Shown here: positions 1 to 12,170 of the stretch, piece by piece | Position numbering within the stretch: position 1 is the stretch's first letter | Layout: every line of letters starts with the position of its first letter | NCBI GenBank assembly: GCA_963777155.1 | Contig: CAVZPM010000038.1 | Coordinates: 1 to 64,000 of the forward strand | DNA length: 64,000 bases | Reading direction: 5' to 3' | DNA from: Candidatus Bathyarchaeota archaeon | Lineage (GTDB): Archaea > Thermoproteota > Bathyarchaeia > Bathyarchaeales > Bathycorpusculaceae | Notes under the pieces: model-generated | Told to the model about the DNA's origin: nothing | Databases searched by the model: none | What the model saw: the letters and a program-made list of their open reading frames with translations, nothing else | Program-made: the position numbers and the translations under genes

Positions 1-599
1 TGTAGTTGAAATATCCTGCAGTATGCTCGCTAAGAATGGCAGAGTGATAGTTAGTAGATGTTTAAAAGAGCAGGTGCAGGCAATTCGAGAAGCCTTTTCT
101 TAGCGATGTGGACTTGGAGATAAATAGCAAGGCGCGAATGGTTGTGGTGAAAAAGAAAAATTTCGCAGTTACCCCCAGTGGCGGCAAGATTGCCATTTTG
201 ACCGCGGGAACTTCAGATATTCCCGTCGCTGAGGAAGCTAAAATTATCGCACAACAGATGGGCTGCACAGTTTATTCAACATACGATGTGGGCGTGGCGG
301 GGATTCACAGGTTACTTGAACCCCTAAAAGAGGTTTTATCAAACGATGTTGACGTCGTCGTGGTTGTGGCGGGGCGGGAAGGTGCTTTGGCTTCAGTGGT
401 TTCGGGGCTAGTTGACGTTCCCGTGATTGCGGTTCCAACCTCAAACAGTTACGGTTTTGGCGAAAAGGGTTTGAGTGCCCTTATGGCTATGCTGCAGTCA
501 TGTTCGCTGGGTTTGGCAGTTGTTAACATCGATTCAGGAGTTGCCGCTGGCGCAATGGCTACGTTGATTGCTAATCGCGCTGCCAAATTTAGGAAATAA
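1..599 (+). CDS. larB: LarB-like nickel-pincer cofactor biosynthesis carboxylase (PurE fold), 5' partial, apparent frameshift near 95-100
   Basis: Motifs [52 protein letters not shown]. Upstream frame 2 reads ...GRVIVSRC...EAF and shifts at a T-run. Confidence 0.85.
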
Positions 600-697
600 C
601 GTCAACTTGCGGTTTAACCATTTACGTTTGCGAATTATATCAATAAAGATGGGGAAAAAACAGTCCAGTATATTTGTTTCTTCTGAGCAATTCAGAA

Positions 698-1141
698 TTA
701 ATGTTTATCTACTTTACTGCATTTTTGGCAAATTCCATACACATCTATGCGCTGTCCACTTGGCTTGAATTTAGTGGCAGCTGAAACTCTTTCCGATATT
801 TCTTTTGCAGTTGGGTCATCTAAGTCTTCTATTTTTCCGCATTGTTGACAAATCAGGTTTACATGAGGTTTAATGTAGGGATCGAATCTTGCTTGCACTT
901 GGGGTAAATTGAGTTCTTGGATTAAGCCTAAGTCTCTTAGTACCTGAAGCGTTTTGTACACTGTTGCCAAACTTACGGTTGGATGCACTTTTTTAACTTC
1001 ATTGTAGATGCTTTGGGCAGTAGGGTGCTCTCGGCTATGAAGTGTAACGCGGCAAATAGCGATCCTTTGGGGAGTTGCTTTGTATCCTTTGCTACGCAAT
1101 GCTTCAATTGCAGAGGCGTCGGATTTCTGAATGGCAACCAT
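698..1141 (-). CDS. Fur/PerR family transcriptional regulator
   Basis: TPQRIAI, HPTAQSIY, SLATVYKTL, HVNLICQQCG and a C-terminal CxxC. Divergent from katG. Confidence 0.9.
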   Translation of the reverse strand: MVAIQKSDASAIEALRSKGYKATPQRIAICRVTLHSREHPTAQSIYNEVKKVHPTVSLATVYKTLQVLRDLGLIQELNLPQVQARFDPYIKPHVNLICQQCGKIEDLDDPTAKEISERVSAATKFKPSGQRIDVYGICQKCSKVDKH

Positions 1142-1152
1142 ATGGATTATTA

Positions 1153-1171
1153 GATAATAATAATTCTTAAA
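1153..1171. promoter_or_regulatory. Fur/Per-box-like operator between regulator and katG
   Basis: gataataataattcttaaa matches 14/19 positions of the E. coli Fur consensus GATAATGATAATCATTATC. The context is AT-rich, which weakens the match. Confidence 0.45.
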
Positions 1172-1254
1172 TAAACCTTTTGCGCTATCCTACAGCAGAA
1201 GGAGATTTTCTGAAGATGAAAAGAAAATACCTTGTCACAAATCATGGAAGTTGA

Positions 1255-3430
<2,176 letters not shown>

Positions 3431-3511
3431 TCATAGCAAAAGGTAGCTAGCAAGGGCACTAAGTGACGACATCTCTCGTTACCCATTTTTTCTTTAACCA
3501 AATCCGCATGC

Positions 3512-3964
3512 TTATTTTTTCTTGAATGTCGGCAACCTAAGAATATGAATACTGACTCCTACAGCAATTGCTATCATTACTATTTGCATTGGCAAAACCA
3601 ACTGAGGCGGCAAAAGACGGTTTAATAGAAAAACAGTCGAAATACCAATCGTAACCCACATAACCGTGAGCGCAGTAATCTTTGTCCGTATCGGAAGCCC
3701 CCGACCCTCCTTATAATTTCGGATATACTCCCCGAACCATCTGTTGCCAAGCAGCCAATCATACATTCTTGTTGAGCTTTTGCAAAAACAAGCTGCAGCA
3801 GCTAACAGGAAAGGCGTGGTTGGCAAAATTGGCAATACCATCCCAATGGCTCCTAAACCCACACAGACTAAACCTACAGAAAGCCAAAGTGCTTTAATGA
3901 TTTTCTGTCCTTTCTTTTCACATTTTACCTTTTGAATAGGCTTTCCCTTCTCCAAACGCAGCAT
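3512..3964 (-). CDS. YbaN/DUF454 family membrane protein
   Basis: GxIGxVLPILPTTPFLL motif, WFGEYIRNY. Confidence 0.85.
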   Translation of the reverse strand: MLRLEKGKPIQKVKCEKKGQKIIKALWLSVGLVCVGLGAIGMVLPILPTTPFLLAAAACFCKSSTRMYDWLLGNRWFGEYIRNYKEGRGLPIRTKITALTVMWVTIGISTVFLLNRLLPPQLVLPMQIVMIAIAVGVSIHILRLPTFKKK

Positions 3965-4437
3965 CTCTCCTTGTTTTCTGCTAGCATTGACTTAAAAACG
4001 ATGTTGTAGTGATTATCTATTGTTTATGGTTTTTATGTCAAGATTTTGTTGATTAAGGTTCCTCCAATAAAGCGAAAAATCCATCATTTTTAGATTAAGA
4101 TACAAATAGCAGTGTATTTAATAAGAAACTGTTTGATTTTTTTAATTGACTTCTTCAGGCATCTTATTTATGATTTTTGATTTTTTATAAATGAAATTTC
4201 GAACTTCGTTAAAAGCCCTCTATAATTGAACTATTTTATCATCGGAAACCAGCAAAGTAAAGAAAACCATGATCTTTTTCTAATGTCGCTAATTTCTTAT
4301 TAGAACTGTTTTCATAGTTCTTTGGGCAAAAGATTATAGGCTTTCAAACATCACGGGTGCATCCAAAGAATCAGAGGAGCATTCGTAGTTATATTTAAAA
4401 ATGCTGAGGGCTGTTCTTCACAGAGGTGTACATATAG

Positions 4438-5700
4438 ATGGCTTCCATAACTCCCAACTTACTGCCATATAGCACTCTTGCTCATTGGCCTCCGATGACA
4501 TACAGAGACAATTCAGCACCTTCCGCAGAAGCAACGGCTTCCTTCATAGAGTACCTTAATAATGATAACACTTCAAGCGAACCCAAGGAACTGCAACCGT
4601 GGATTCCTTTCTGTGAAGGTAGATGCGCCTTCTGCTATTTTCCAGTTAACTGTGACAAACAGATTGCAGGTGCATACGTTAAAGCACTAAAGAAAGCACT
4701 GAACGTTTATGCGCAAAGTAAATACGTTAAATCAAGTGTTTTCACCGAACTGTATGTGGGTGGTGGAAGCCCTTCGGTGCTTTCCGAAAACCAAATCACC
4801 CAGGTCTTGGATTTTTGCAGAAAAAACTTCAATCTAAGCAAAGAATGTGTAACCAAATTTACAGCATGCACCAATAGTCTATCTCCAGAAAAAATTCAGC
4901 TGTTATCTGATTGTAACGTTACACAATTGGATATCGGTATTCAAACTTTTGATGAAGAATTCCGAAAAGTTCTGATGCTTAGAGACAACAGTAAAGACGC
5001 AAAAACAAAGTTAAAAGCCGTCAAGAAAAAAGGGCTGGGACTCAGCATCGACTTACTTTACAACCTTCCAGGACAAACCGTTGAGCAATGGGAAAATGAC
5101 CTCAAGCAAGCATTAGAGTTGGAGGTTGAAAGCGTAGATTGTTACCCTCTGGATTTGTATACGGATACACCCTTGGCAAGAAAAATCGCTGCTGGAGAAT
5201 TGCCACCAGCTGGAGATTACACCAAAGAGCTGCAAATGTATCTCACAGCGTATCAATTGTTTAAAGACAACGGTTATTTTCCAACTTGCCATAACAGGTT
5301 TTCAAGAATTAAACAAGATCGCGAGCCGCCTTCTTCTGAAGTCATAGGAACCGGCGCAGGATTCTTCATGGGTCACATCGGACGTTTTCACTATTCAGAC
5401 GTCGAAGACGTAAAAGATTACATTGTAGCAGTTCAAAATCAGCCATTCGCCATTGCCCGACTGGCAACAATGACTTTAGAAGACGAAATGCGTAAAACCA
5501 TGATGATGATTTATGTTCGTGTTCCCGTGAATCGTGAGAGTTTCAAGGCGAGGTTTGGCAGGTTCCCGGAAGAGGCTTTTCCTAAGGCGCTTGAAGAGTT
5601 GCGGCGTAAGGATTTGATCGTGGAAGAAAACGACGAAATTCGTTTGTCTGAGAAAGGCGATCCTTGGCGGTTTAACATTGCCTGGGAATTCTTCAAATAA
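4438..5700 (+). CDS. HemN-like radical SAM protein
   Basis: IPFCEGRCAFCYF (CxxxCxxC), YVGGGSPS, DIGIQTFD, IDLLYNLPGQT, HemN-like C-terminal domain. Confidence 0.85.
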   Translation: MASITPNLLPYSTLAHWPPMTYRDNSAPSAEATASFIEYLNNDNTSSEPKELQPWIPFCEGRCAFCYFPVNCDKQIAGAYVKALKKALNVYAQSKYVKSSVFTELYVGGGSPSVLSENQITQVLDFCRKNFNLSKECVTKFTACTNSLSPEKIQLLSDCNVTQLDIGIQTFDEEFRKVLMLRDNSKDAKTKLKAVKKKGLGLSIDLLYNLPGQTVEQWENDLKQALELEVESVDCYPLDLYTDTPLARKIAAGELPPAGDYTKELQMYLTAYQLFKDNGYFPTCHNRFSRIKQDREPPSSEVIGTGAGFFMGHIGRFHYSDVEDVKDYIVAVQNQPFAIARLATMTLEDEMRKTMMMIYVRVPVNRESFKARFGRFPEEAFPKALEELRRKDLIVEENDEIRLSEKGDPWRFNIAWEFFK

Positions 5701-5759
5701 CCTTTTAACGACTAACTAAAACTATCTTTTCTTGGTAAAGCGTAAATTGCATTAAGCTT

Positions 5760-5802
5760 ATATCAAAGTCATATATCTATATCGATATGTCGGTGTCGAT
5801 AT
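5760..5802. promoter_or_regulatory. Tandem ATATC-N6-GATAT-like inverted repeats, putative PadR autoregulatory operator
   Basis: atatc-tatatc-gatat (5773-5788), atgtc-ggtgtc-gatat (5787-5802) and a weaker copy at 5760-5775. The array overlaps the padR start codon. Confidence 0.5.
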
Positions 5803-6256
5803 GATCAAAGGGCTTCTTAAAATGTCAATGCTCAAAATAATCTCCGAAAACAAAGCCACCGGTTACGAAATCATAAAAAAAGTCAACGAATTAACAGGCG
5901 AGAAGCCAAGCACAGGTTCCATCTACCCTCTCCTGAAATCCATGGAAAACAAAGGCTGGATAACGGGAACAACCGTTAATGGCAAAACCACCTACGAAAT
6001 CACCACCTCCGGCAAAGAAGTTGTACAGGCGCATGGTTCAATGAAGGATTACTATGTACAGAAAATCAGTGGATCCATTTCTCTAGCGCACGGAACTTTT
6101 GACGACCTCCATGTGGCGTTAATTGATAACTCAACTCTAGTTAATCCCGTCGTAAGTAAAGTATCCAGTCTTCTAGCACATGGGATAGCGCCTGAAAAAA
6201 TCAACAAGGTTCTTTCCAAGACACTGGCAGCTCTCCAAAAACTCATTGAGGGATAA
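5801..6256 (+). CDS. PadR family transcriptional regulator
   Basis: TGYEIIK...PSTGSIYPLLKSMENKGWI...YEITTSGK winged helix. Confidence 0.9.
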   Translation: MIKGLLKMSMLKIISENKATGYEIIKKVNELTGEKPSTGSIYPLLKSMENKGWITGTTVNGKTTYEITTSGKEVVQAHGSMKDYYVQKISGSISLAHGTFDDLHVALIDNSTLVNPVVSKVSSLLAHGIAPEKINKVLSKTLAALQKLIEG

Positions 6257-6258
6257 AC

Positions 6259-7230
6259 ATGGAAACAACCGTCTTATCTGTTCAGGGGCTTAGCCACAGT
6301 TACGGAAAACTCCAAGCGGTTAATAACATAAGCTTTGACATTCAAAAAGGCCAAATATTTTCATTTCTAGGTCCAAACGGCGCAGGAAAAACAACCACCA
6401 TAAACCTGTTAATAACACTCATACCGATACAACAAGGCAAAGTTACCATCGCAGGCTACGACGTAGCTACCCAGAAAGACAACGTTCGCAGATCCATAGG
6501 CGTAGTGTTCCAAGACCAAAGACTCGACAGAGACCTAACCGTCTGGGAAACACTGGACTTTCACGGTAAAATCTATTCCATCTCAAAAGAAATCCGAAAA
6601 CAACGCATTAGCGAACTTTTACAATTGGTGGAATTAACTGACAAAAAAGAGGAGTTTACCAAAAACTTGAGCGGCGGCATGAAACGCCGACTCGAAATCG
6701 CCCGCGGCCTCTTGGTGCAGCCTAAGGTGCTTTTCCTCGACGAACCCACCCTCGGCTTAGACACACAAACGCGCAAACGCATATGGTCATACATAAAAAA
6801 GGTACGCGAACAAGGCGTAACAGTGCTTTTAACGACTCATTACATGGATGAGGCGGACCAAAACAGCGACATAGTCTGCATTATTGATAAGGGAAAAATT
6901 ATTGTCAACGGAACCCCCGAACAGCTGAAACAATCGCTTGGACAGGATTGCATTCAAGTGCAAACCGACAACGACCATAAAGCATACCGGTTAATCAAAA
7001 GTTTGCCTGAAGTCAATAAAGTTGGCGGCTCAATAAATGGTCTAACAGTTTACGTTAAAGAAAACGTTAACATCATCACCAAACTGGTAGATGCGTTGCG
7101 ACAGGAGGGTGTTCAGATTGTTAGTATTAGCTTGGTTAAGCCAACTTTGGATGATGTTTTTATCCATTACACTGGCCGCGGTTTTAGCGATATAAGCCAA
7201 GAAAACAACAGCATGGGACACGGTCATTAG
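6259..7230 (+). CDS. ABC exporter ATP-binding subunit (DrrA-like)
   Basis: GPNGAGKTT, LSGGMKRRLEIAR, LFLDEPT, TTHYMDEAD. Confidence 0.95.
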   Translation: METTVLSVQGLSHSYGKLQAVNNISFDIQKGQIFSFLGPNGAGKTTTINLLITLIPIQQGKVTIAGYDVATQKDNVRRSIGVVFQDQRLDRDLTVWETLDFHGKIYSISKEIRKQRISELLQLVELTDKKEEFTKNLSGGMKRRLEIARGLLVQPKVLFLDEPTLGLDTQTRKRIWSYIKKVREQGVTVLLTTHYMDEADQNSDIVCIIDKGKIIVNGTPEQLKQSLGQDCIQVQTDNDHKAYRLIKSLPEVNKVGGSINGLTVYVKENVNIITKLVDALRQEGVQIVSISLVKPTLDDVFIHYTGRGFSDISQENNSMGHGH

Positions 7231-7235
7231 GAGGC

Positions 7236-8078
7236 ATGATTGTGGAAAAGGGATTTATTGCAATCTATTGGCGAGACATGATAAAATTCTTCCGTTCCAA
7301 GGCGTTGTTGTTTGCAACATTGATTCAGCCGGTTCTGTGGCTAGTACTTTACGGCGTCTCCATGACTAGCAACATCAACATTTTCTTTGAAGGTGGCCAG
7401 AACCCCGTAGGTGCTGTTTCAGTGAGTTACATGACGTTTATGGGTGCTGGAGTGGTGGGCATGACGATTCTTTTCACATGCCTTTACGCAGGGCAGAATA
7501 TCCAGTTTGACAAGCAGTACGGCTTGATGAAGGAAATTGTGGTTTCTCCTATGCCACGTTCACAGATTCTTTTAGGCGTCACTTTAGGCGGAATAACAAA
7601 AGCGCTAATTCAGACGGCAATTGTAATCCTGTTTGGGTACGTGTTGGGTATTCAGTTCTTTTTCGGCTTAACGACGGCAGGTACTTTGATTGCGATAGGT
7701 GGGTTTTTGCTTTTCGCTATGCTGTTTTCCATGGGTTTGATGTTTCTTTCCAGCGCAATAGCCATGAAAGTCAAAGACCACAATGTCAGCCAAGCTATAA
7801 TAACGCTACTTACATTGCCGCTGTTCTTTGCAAGCAATGCTCTTTATCCACTGGATTCCTTACCTACAGTCTTAAAGGGTGCAGCATATCTTAATCCCTT
7901 AACGCATTTTATTAATGGCATGCGTTGTTTTGGGATAGGCTCAGATTTCTATTCGTTCGGAATTCACTATATTACGCCCCTTAATCAGATTCTATTATCG
8001 TTGGGTTTCCTTACTGGTTTTTGCCTGATTATGTTCTTGGTGGCGTTAAAGTCATTTGAAACAACAATAGAATTCTAA
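7236..8078 (+). CDS. ABC-2 type permease (DrrB-like)
   Basis: About six TM segments, FFASNALYP, NPLTHFINGMR. Follows the ATPase. Confidence 0.9.
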   Translation: MIVEKGFIAIYWRDMIKFFRSKALLFATLIQPVLWLVLYGVSMTSNINIFFEGGQNPVGAVSVSYMTFMGAGVVGMTILFTCLYAGQNIQFDKQYGLMKEIVVSPMPRSQILLGVTLGGITKALIQTAIVILFGYVLGIQFFFGLTTAGTLIAIGGFLLFAMLFSMGLMFLSSAIAMKVKDHNVSQAIITLLTLPLFFASNALYPLDSLPTVLKGAAYLNPLTHFINGMRCFGIGSDFYSFGIHYITPLNQILLSLGFLTGFCLIMFLVALKSFETTIEF

Positions 8079-8284
8079 AAGATTGCTGATTTGAATAAAA
8101 GTCGGCTTTTTTGGTTATGTTTTTGGTACTTGCTTCTAATAAACTCATTTCGTTCTCGATAGGCTTAAACATTCTTATTAATTCTCGATTTTTCAACTCT
8201 TTCGTGAGATTCTCAGCCGTTTCTTTCAACAGGTGAAGTTTTTATGGACCTTTAGTTTATTTAACGCAAAAGATTAATATAAGA

Positions 8285-8312
8285 GTAACACTTTTTTTAA
8301 AAAAAGTAACAC
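8285..8312. promoter_or_regulatory. NikR-like operator
   Basis: gtaaca-N16-taacac with a perfect internal palindrome (8290-8307). Same spacing as NikR GTATGA-N16-TCATAC. Lies just upstream of the ECF operon. Confidence 0.55.
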
Positions 8313-8335
8313 TGTGGGGGCGGATGAAGTAATAT

Positions 8336-9029
8336 ATGCACATACCCGATGGATTCTTAACATTATACGTCATAATACCTACATTCATCATTACAATAAT
8401 ATTCTGGGGCATCTCAGCAAGGAAAACTAAACTAACAGACCAACAAGTACCCATAATGGGGTTACTCACAGCGCTTTTCTTTGCAGCAATGATGATGAAC
8501 TACCCAATCCTTGGCGGAACAACCGCGCACCTACTAGGCGGAGCAACAATAGGGCTCATACTCGGGCCCTTCGCAGGCTGCATCTCTATAACAATAATAC
8601 TAGTATTGCAAGCATTCCTTTTCGGAGACGGTGGACTCACAGCACTGGGCGCAAATGTACTTAACATGGGCATAATCGGCATATTCATCCCTTGTATAAT
8701 CTTCCTTGCAGGAAACAAGCTTTTCAAGTTAAAAACAACCACCAGCATATTCGTTACCGTCTTCATATCCGCATTAGTCGGCGACTTGACTTGCCGCAGT
8801 CTCCGCAGGCGTCGAACTTGGCTTATCTCAACCAGTCTTCCAATATGGCATAAGTATAGCTGTACCAGCAATGGCGATTAACCATTCAATCATCGGTGTC
8901 GCAGAAGGCATAGTCACAGTAATCATTATCGGCACACTCCTCAAACTACGCCCTGACGTATTAGAAAAAAGCCCCATTTTAGGCAAACTCGGCATGTTCC
9001 ATAAGAAGAAACAAATGGATGAGGAATGA
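8336..9029 (+). CDS. ECF Ni/Co transporter S-component (NikM/CbiM), frameshift near 8790
   Basis: N-terminal MHIPDGFL, GTTAHLLG, GDGGLTALGAN. The second frame continues with HSIIGVAEGIVT to TGA at 9027-9029. Confidence 0.9.
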
Positions 9030-9325
9030 TAATGGTAACTAAAAACCAAAAAACAATCATAATTGGGTTAGCCGTAGCCGTAATCTTTGTCGTAATAGGC
9101 GTTTTCTTCTTATCATATGCTATGGAAACACTGGACGTAAAAGCAGAGCAACTAGGAGCACAAGAACAACTCATCTATGAACCGCCATTCCCCGATTATT
9201 CGATCGTAGGCATTGACAATGTGTGGGGTGCACTAATTATTGGAATTGCAGGCACACTGTTGTTATTCATTGTTGGGTTTGGTGTTGCTAAAATCTTAAA
9301 AAATAAAAAGAGTTTACCGAAATGA
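9026..9325 (+). CDS. ECF accessory membrane protein (NikN/PDGLE-like)
   Basis: Two TM helices, PPFPDY motif, position between the M and Q genes. Confidence 0.75.
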   Translation: MIMVTKNQKTIIIGLAVAVIFVVIGVFFLSYAMETLDVKAEQLGAQEQLIYEPPFPDYSIVGIDNVWGALIIGIAGTLLLFIVGFGVAKILKNKKSLPK

Positions 9326-10134
9326 AAGTGCCACAATCCCTCAGAGACCTTATGGAAGGCGCAGAATCACTAGTCTATATTGAAGATTTAAGCGGCAGAA
9401 GAGGGTTATTACAATCGATAAATCCTATTGCCAAATTAGTGGCTATAGTTGCTTTGATTGTGGCTTCACTTTTTATTTTTAACCTAACTTATTTGGCCAT
9501 GCTTTGTATAATTCCAATTGTATTGGCATTTTCATCTAGAATTCCGCTTACTCACTTCTTTTCTCGAACGGCACTTATTCCAGTCTTTGCAGCGGTAATT
9601 TCCCTTCCAATATTGTTTCTGACTTTTGGTTCACCAATTGTCTCGGCTAACATCGGCTTAACAACCCTAACCATAACTTCAGAGGGAATAGTGCGGTTTC
9701 TAGTCTTCACTGTCAGGGTGTGGTTCTGTGTGGCATCACTAACTTTGCTGATATTATCGACTGGCTTTGACAAAATGTTGGGGCTCCTCTCCACTATCAG
9801 AGTCCCAAATGTAATTGTTCAACTATTTGGCCTCACCTATAGATACTTCTTTGTCTCTATCCATGAAGTTCAAAGCGTTCTAATCGCAAAAGAAGCTAGA
9901 ACTTACGTGCACAAAAAAACATTAAACATGCAAGCCCTCAAGGACTTAGGGTCAATAATAGCTACCTTGTTCATTCGTACGTATGAACGCTCGGAACGGG
10001 TTTACCTTGCAATGAAAGCCCGTGGATTCGAAATAGAAAGAAACTCAAAGACACCAATTCCAACATTCCGATTACGGGATGCCCTCTTCGCATCAGCATT
10101 AATAATCCCCGTAGTATTAATTGCTCTGCTATAG
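9322..10134 (+). CDS. cbiQ: ECF T-component (CbiQ/NikQ)
   Basis: LTYRYF, AKEAR, LFIRTYERSERVYLAMKARGF. Confidence 0.9.
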   Translation: MKVPQSLRDLMEGAESLVYIEDLSGRRGLLQSINPIAKLVAIVALIVASLFIFNLTYLAMLCIIPIVLAFSSRIPLTHFFSRTALIPVFAAVISLPILFLTFGSPIVSANIGLTTLTITSEGIVRFLVFTVRVWFCVASLTLLILSTGFDKMLGLLSTIRVPNVIVQLFGLTYRYFFVSIHEVQSVLIAKEARTYVHKKTLNMQALKDLGSIIATLFIRTYERSERVYLAMKARGFEIERNSKTPIPTFRLRDALFASALIIPVVLIALL

Positions 10135-10145
10135 AAGGCAAGTAC

Positions 10146-10973
10146 ATGGCAGAACCAATTGTCTCTGTTGAAGATGTTAAATTCTCATATCCAGCGGGCG
10201 TTAATGCCTTAATGGGTGTGTCTCTTGATATCAAACAAGGCGAGAAAGTAGCGATTTTAGGCCCTAACGGTTCAGGAAAGTCCACGCTAATCTTATTGAT
10301 TGCAGGATTATTGAACCCCACTAAAGGCGAAATTAAAGTATTTGGCAAATCAACTTCTTCTAAAGATTTTCCAAAACTGCGATCGCGTATAGGCATAGTC
10401 TTCCAAGACCCAGATGACCAACTTTTTACTCCCAGCGTAAAAGAAGATATTGAATATGGTCCAAAAAACCTTGGATTACCAGCCGAAGTCATCAGTGAAA
10501 GATGTGATCATATTCTTGAAGATATTGGCATAAGTCATTTGAAAGATCGACCGCCTCATAGGCTAAGTTTTGGAGAAAAGAAAAAAGTATCATTGGCAAC
10601 TGCCTTGATCTTAAGACCAGAACTGCTCATACTTGACGAACCCACTGCAAATTTGGACTTACTATCAAGAAGGGCGCTTATCGATATGCTAAATGAACTA
10701 AACGCCGAGGGAACAACCATCGTCATATCTACTCATGATGTGGAGGCGCTGCCGGAACTTGCAGATCGGGTAATAGTCGTTAGTCACGGGTCTTTGCTTG
10801 GGGGCGGAGAGATGCATAAGGTTCTGCAGGATGTAGCTTTGCTTGAATCTGCTGGCCTTGAACTGCCCTCAATTGCGAGGCTTTTTACTAAACTCAAGGA
10901 CTTAGGATTAGTTAATGAAGTCCCCATCACCTATGAAGAAGCTTTAAACCTGCTCAAGAAAGAGCTTAAGTAA
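10146..10973 (+). CDS. cbiO: ECF ATPase (CbiO/NikO)
   Basis: GPNGSGKST, FQDPDDQLF, LSFGEKKK, LDEPT. Confidence 0.92.
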   Translation: MAEPIVSVEDVKFSYPAGVNALMGVSLDIKQGEKVAILGPNGSGKSTLILLIAGLLNPTKGEIKVFGKSTSSKDFPKLRSRIGIVFQDPDDQLFTPSVKEDIEYGPKNLGLPAEVISERCDHILEDIGISHLKDRPPHRLSFGEKKKVSLATALILRPELLILDEPTANLDLLSRRALIDMLNELNAEGTTIVISTHDVEALPELADRVIVVSHGSLLGGGEMHKVLQDVALLESAGLELPSIARLFTKLKDLGLVNEVPITYEEALNLLKKELK

Positions 10974-11110
10974 GAAATAGTTTTTTTCTTTGATTGAAGT
11001 CAATTCTATGCATAGTGGTTATCAAATCCAAAAAAGGTTCAGGCTCCAGAACAGCTCGTTGGATTTTTTGCTTTCGAGCAGAAACCTCTTAAGTTAGACT
11101 ATCCATAAGT

Positions 11111-11347
11111 ATGACTGTGGTTAAGTTGTCCCACATTAGAGTTAAACATAAAGGCCAAGTCACCATCCCCCAAGAAATGCGCAACAAACTCGGCATAGAA
11201 GAAGGCGCAATTTTAGAAATTGCCACCGAAGGCGATAAAATCGTACTCAAACCATTGCCGCCCTTAGAACCTGGCAAACCCGTTGGTGAAGAGGAATTCA
11301 AAAAAATCCTGGCTGAACTTGAAGAGCGTCGGAGAAACTGGCGTTGA
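11111..11347 (+). CDS. AbrB/SpoVT-family antitoxin (VapB-like)
   Basis: KGQVTIPQEMRNKLGIEEG. Overlaps the PIN gene by 4 nt. Confidence 0.88.
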   Translation: MTVVKLSHIRVKHKGQVTIPQEMRNKLGIEEGAILEIATEGDKIVLKPLPPLEPGKPVGEEEFKKILAELEERRRNWR

Positions 11348-11742
11348 CCGGCGTTGCTGACACACGACTCCTGTTTTTCATGGAGGTCCCAGCCACTCTC
11401 GAAATGGGAAGAAAAACCAGAGACTTCTTTGAAAAGGAACTTAGAGAAAATCTCTTAGTTCCCACCGTTGTCTTGGCTGAGTTTATTGAAATCGTGGGGG
11501 CAAGAATTGGTGAAGAAGCAGCAAAAACACGGATACGTGTACTAAAAGAGCGCGGTATGCAAATCATGCAATTCGACGAGCAACATGCCATGAAAACAGG
11601 GAGCCTATTACTTGCAAACCGAAAAGTGCCCCTTGCTGACGCCATAATCGCCTCATATGTAAAAACCGGCGAAGCAGACTATGTAGTAACTGACGATCCC
11701 CACTTCAAAACACTAAACGTAAAAACAAAATGGATACCGTAA
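11344..11742 (+). CDS. PIN-domain toxin (VapC-like)
   Basis: VADT, VLAEF, LADAIIAS, VVTDDPHF acidic PIN motifs. Confidence 0.88.
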   Translation: MTGVADTRLLFFMEVPATLEMGRKTRDFFEKELRENLLVPTVVLAEFIEIVGARIGEEAAKTRIRVLKERGMQIMQFDEQHAMKTGSLLLANRKVPLADAIIASYVKTGEADYVVTDDPHFKTLNVKTKWIP

Positions 11743-11801
11743 AACCACACTACGATAACGGGATTAAGTTTAAATCTTTAAGCCTTACAAAGCAACTAGT
11801 T

Positions 11802-12170
11802 ATGAGAATACTACCTATCCTTGGCGGCATCGCAGCAACGATTCTGTTCTTTTTTGCAGTTATCTTTGCGTTAGCTTCTTCCTACGTTGGACTTACTGCT
11901 CAAGCTGCACAATCTCGAGTTCTAACCAGCGCTATATTATTCGTCGTTGGTTTAGCCGTGATTGTAGGCGTCTACTTTGTCTCTCGCAAACCCAAAACAG
12001 TTATCCAACAACTTGAAATCTCAGGGCAAATGAAAGCAGCACAAATCAAATGCCCCAATTGCGGTGGAAGCATCAGCGCCAACGAAATCAAAATTGTTTC
12101 AGGCGTACCATACGTCAAATGTCCTTACTGCGGGACCACTTTTGAGGTTACTGAGGAGCCAAAATGGTAA
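11802..12170 (+). CDS. Two-TM membrane protein with C-terminal zinc ribbon; first gene of the rSAM operon
   Basis: Two hydrophobic helices, CPNCGG...CPYCG, ends EEPKW. ATG at 11802 lies about 27 nt after a TATA-like tttaaat (11769-11775). Confidence 0.8.
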   Translation: MRILPILGGIAATILFFFAVIFALASSYVGLTAQAAQSRVLTSAILFVVGLAVIVGVYFVSRKPKTVIQQLEISGQMKAAQIKCPNCGGSISANEIKIVSGVPYVKCPYCGTTFEVTEEPKW

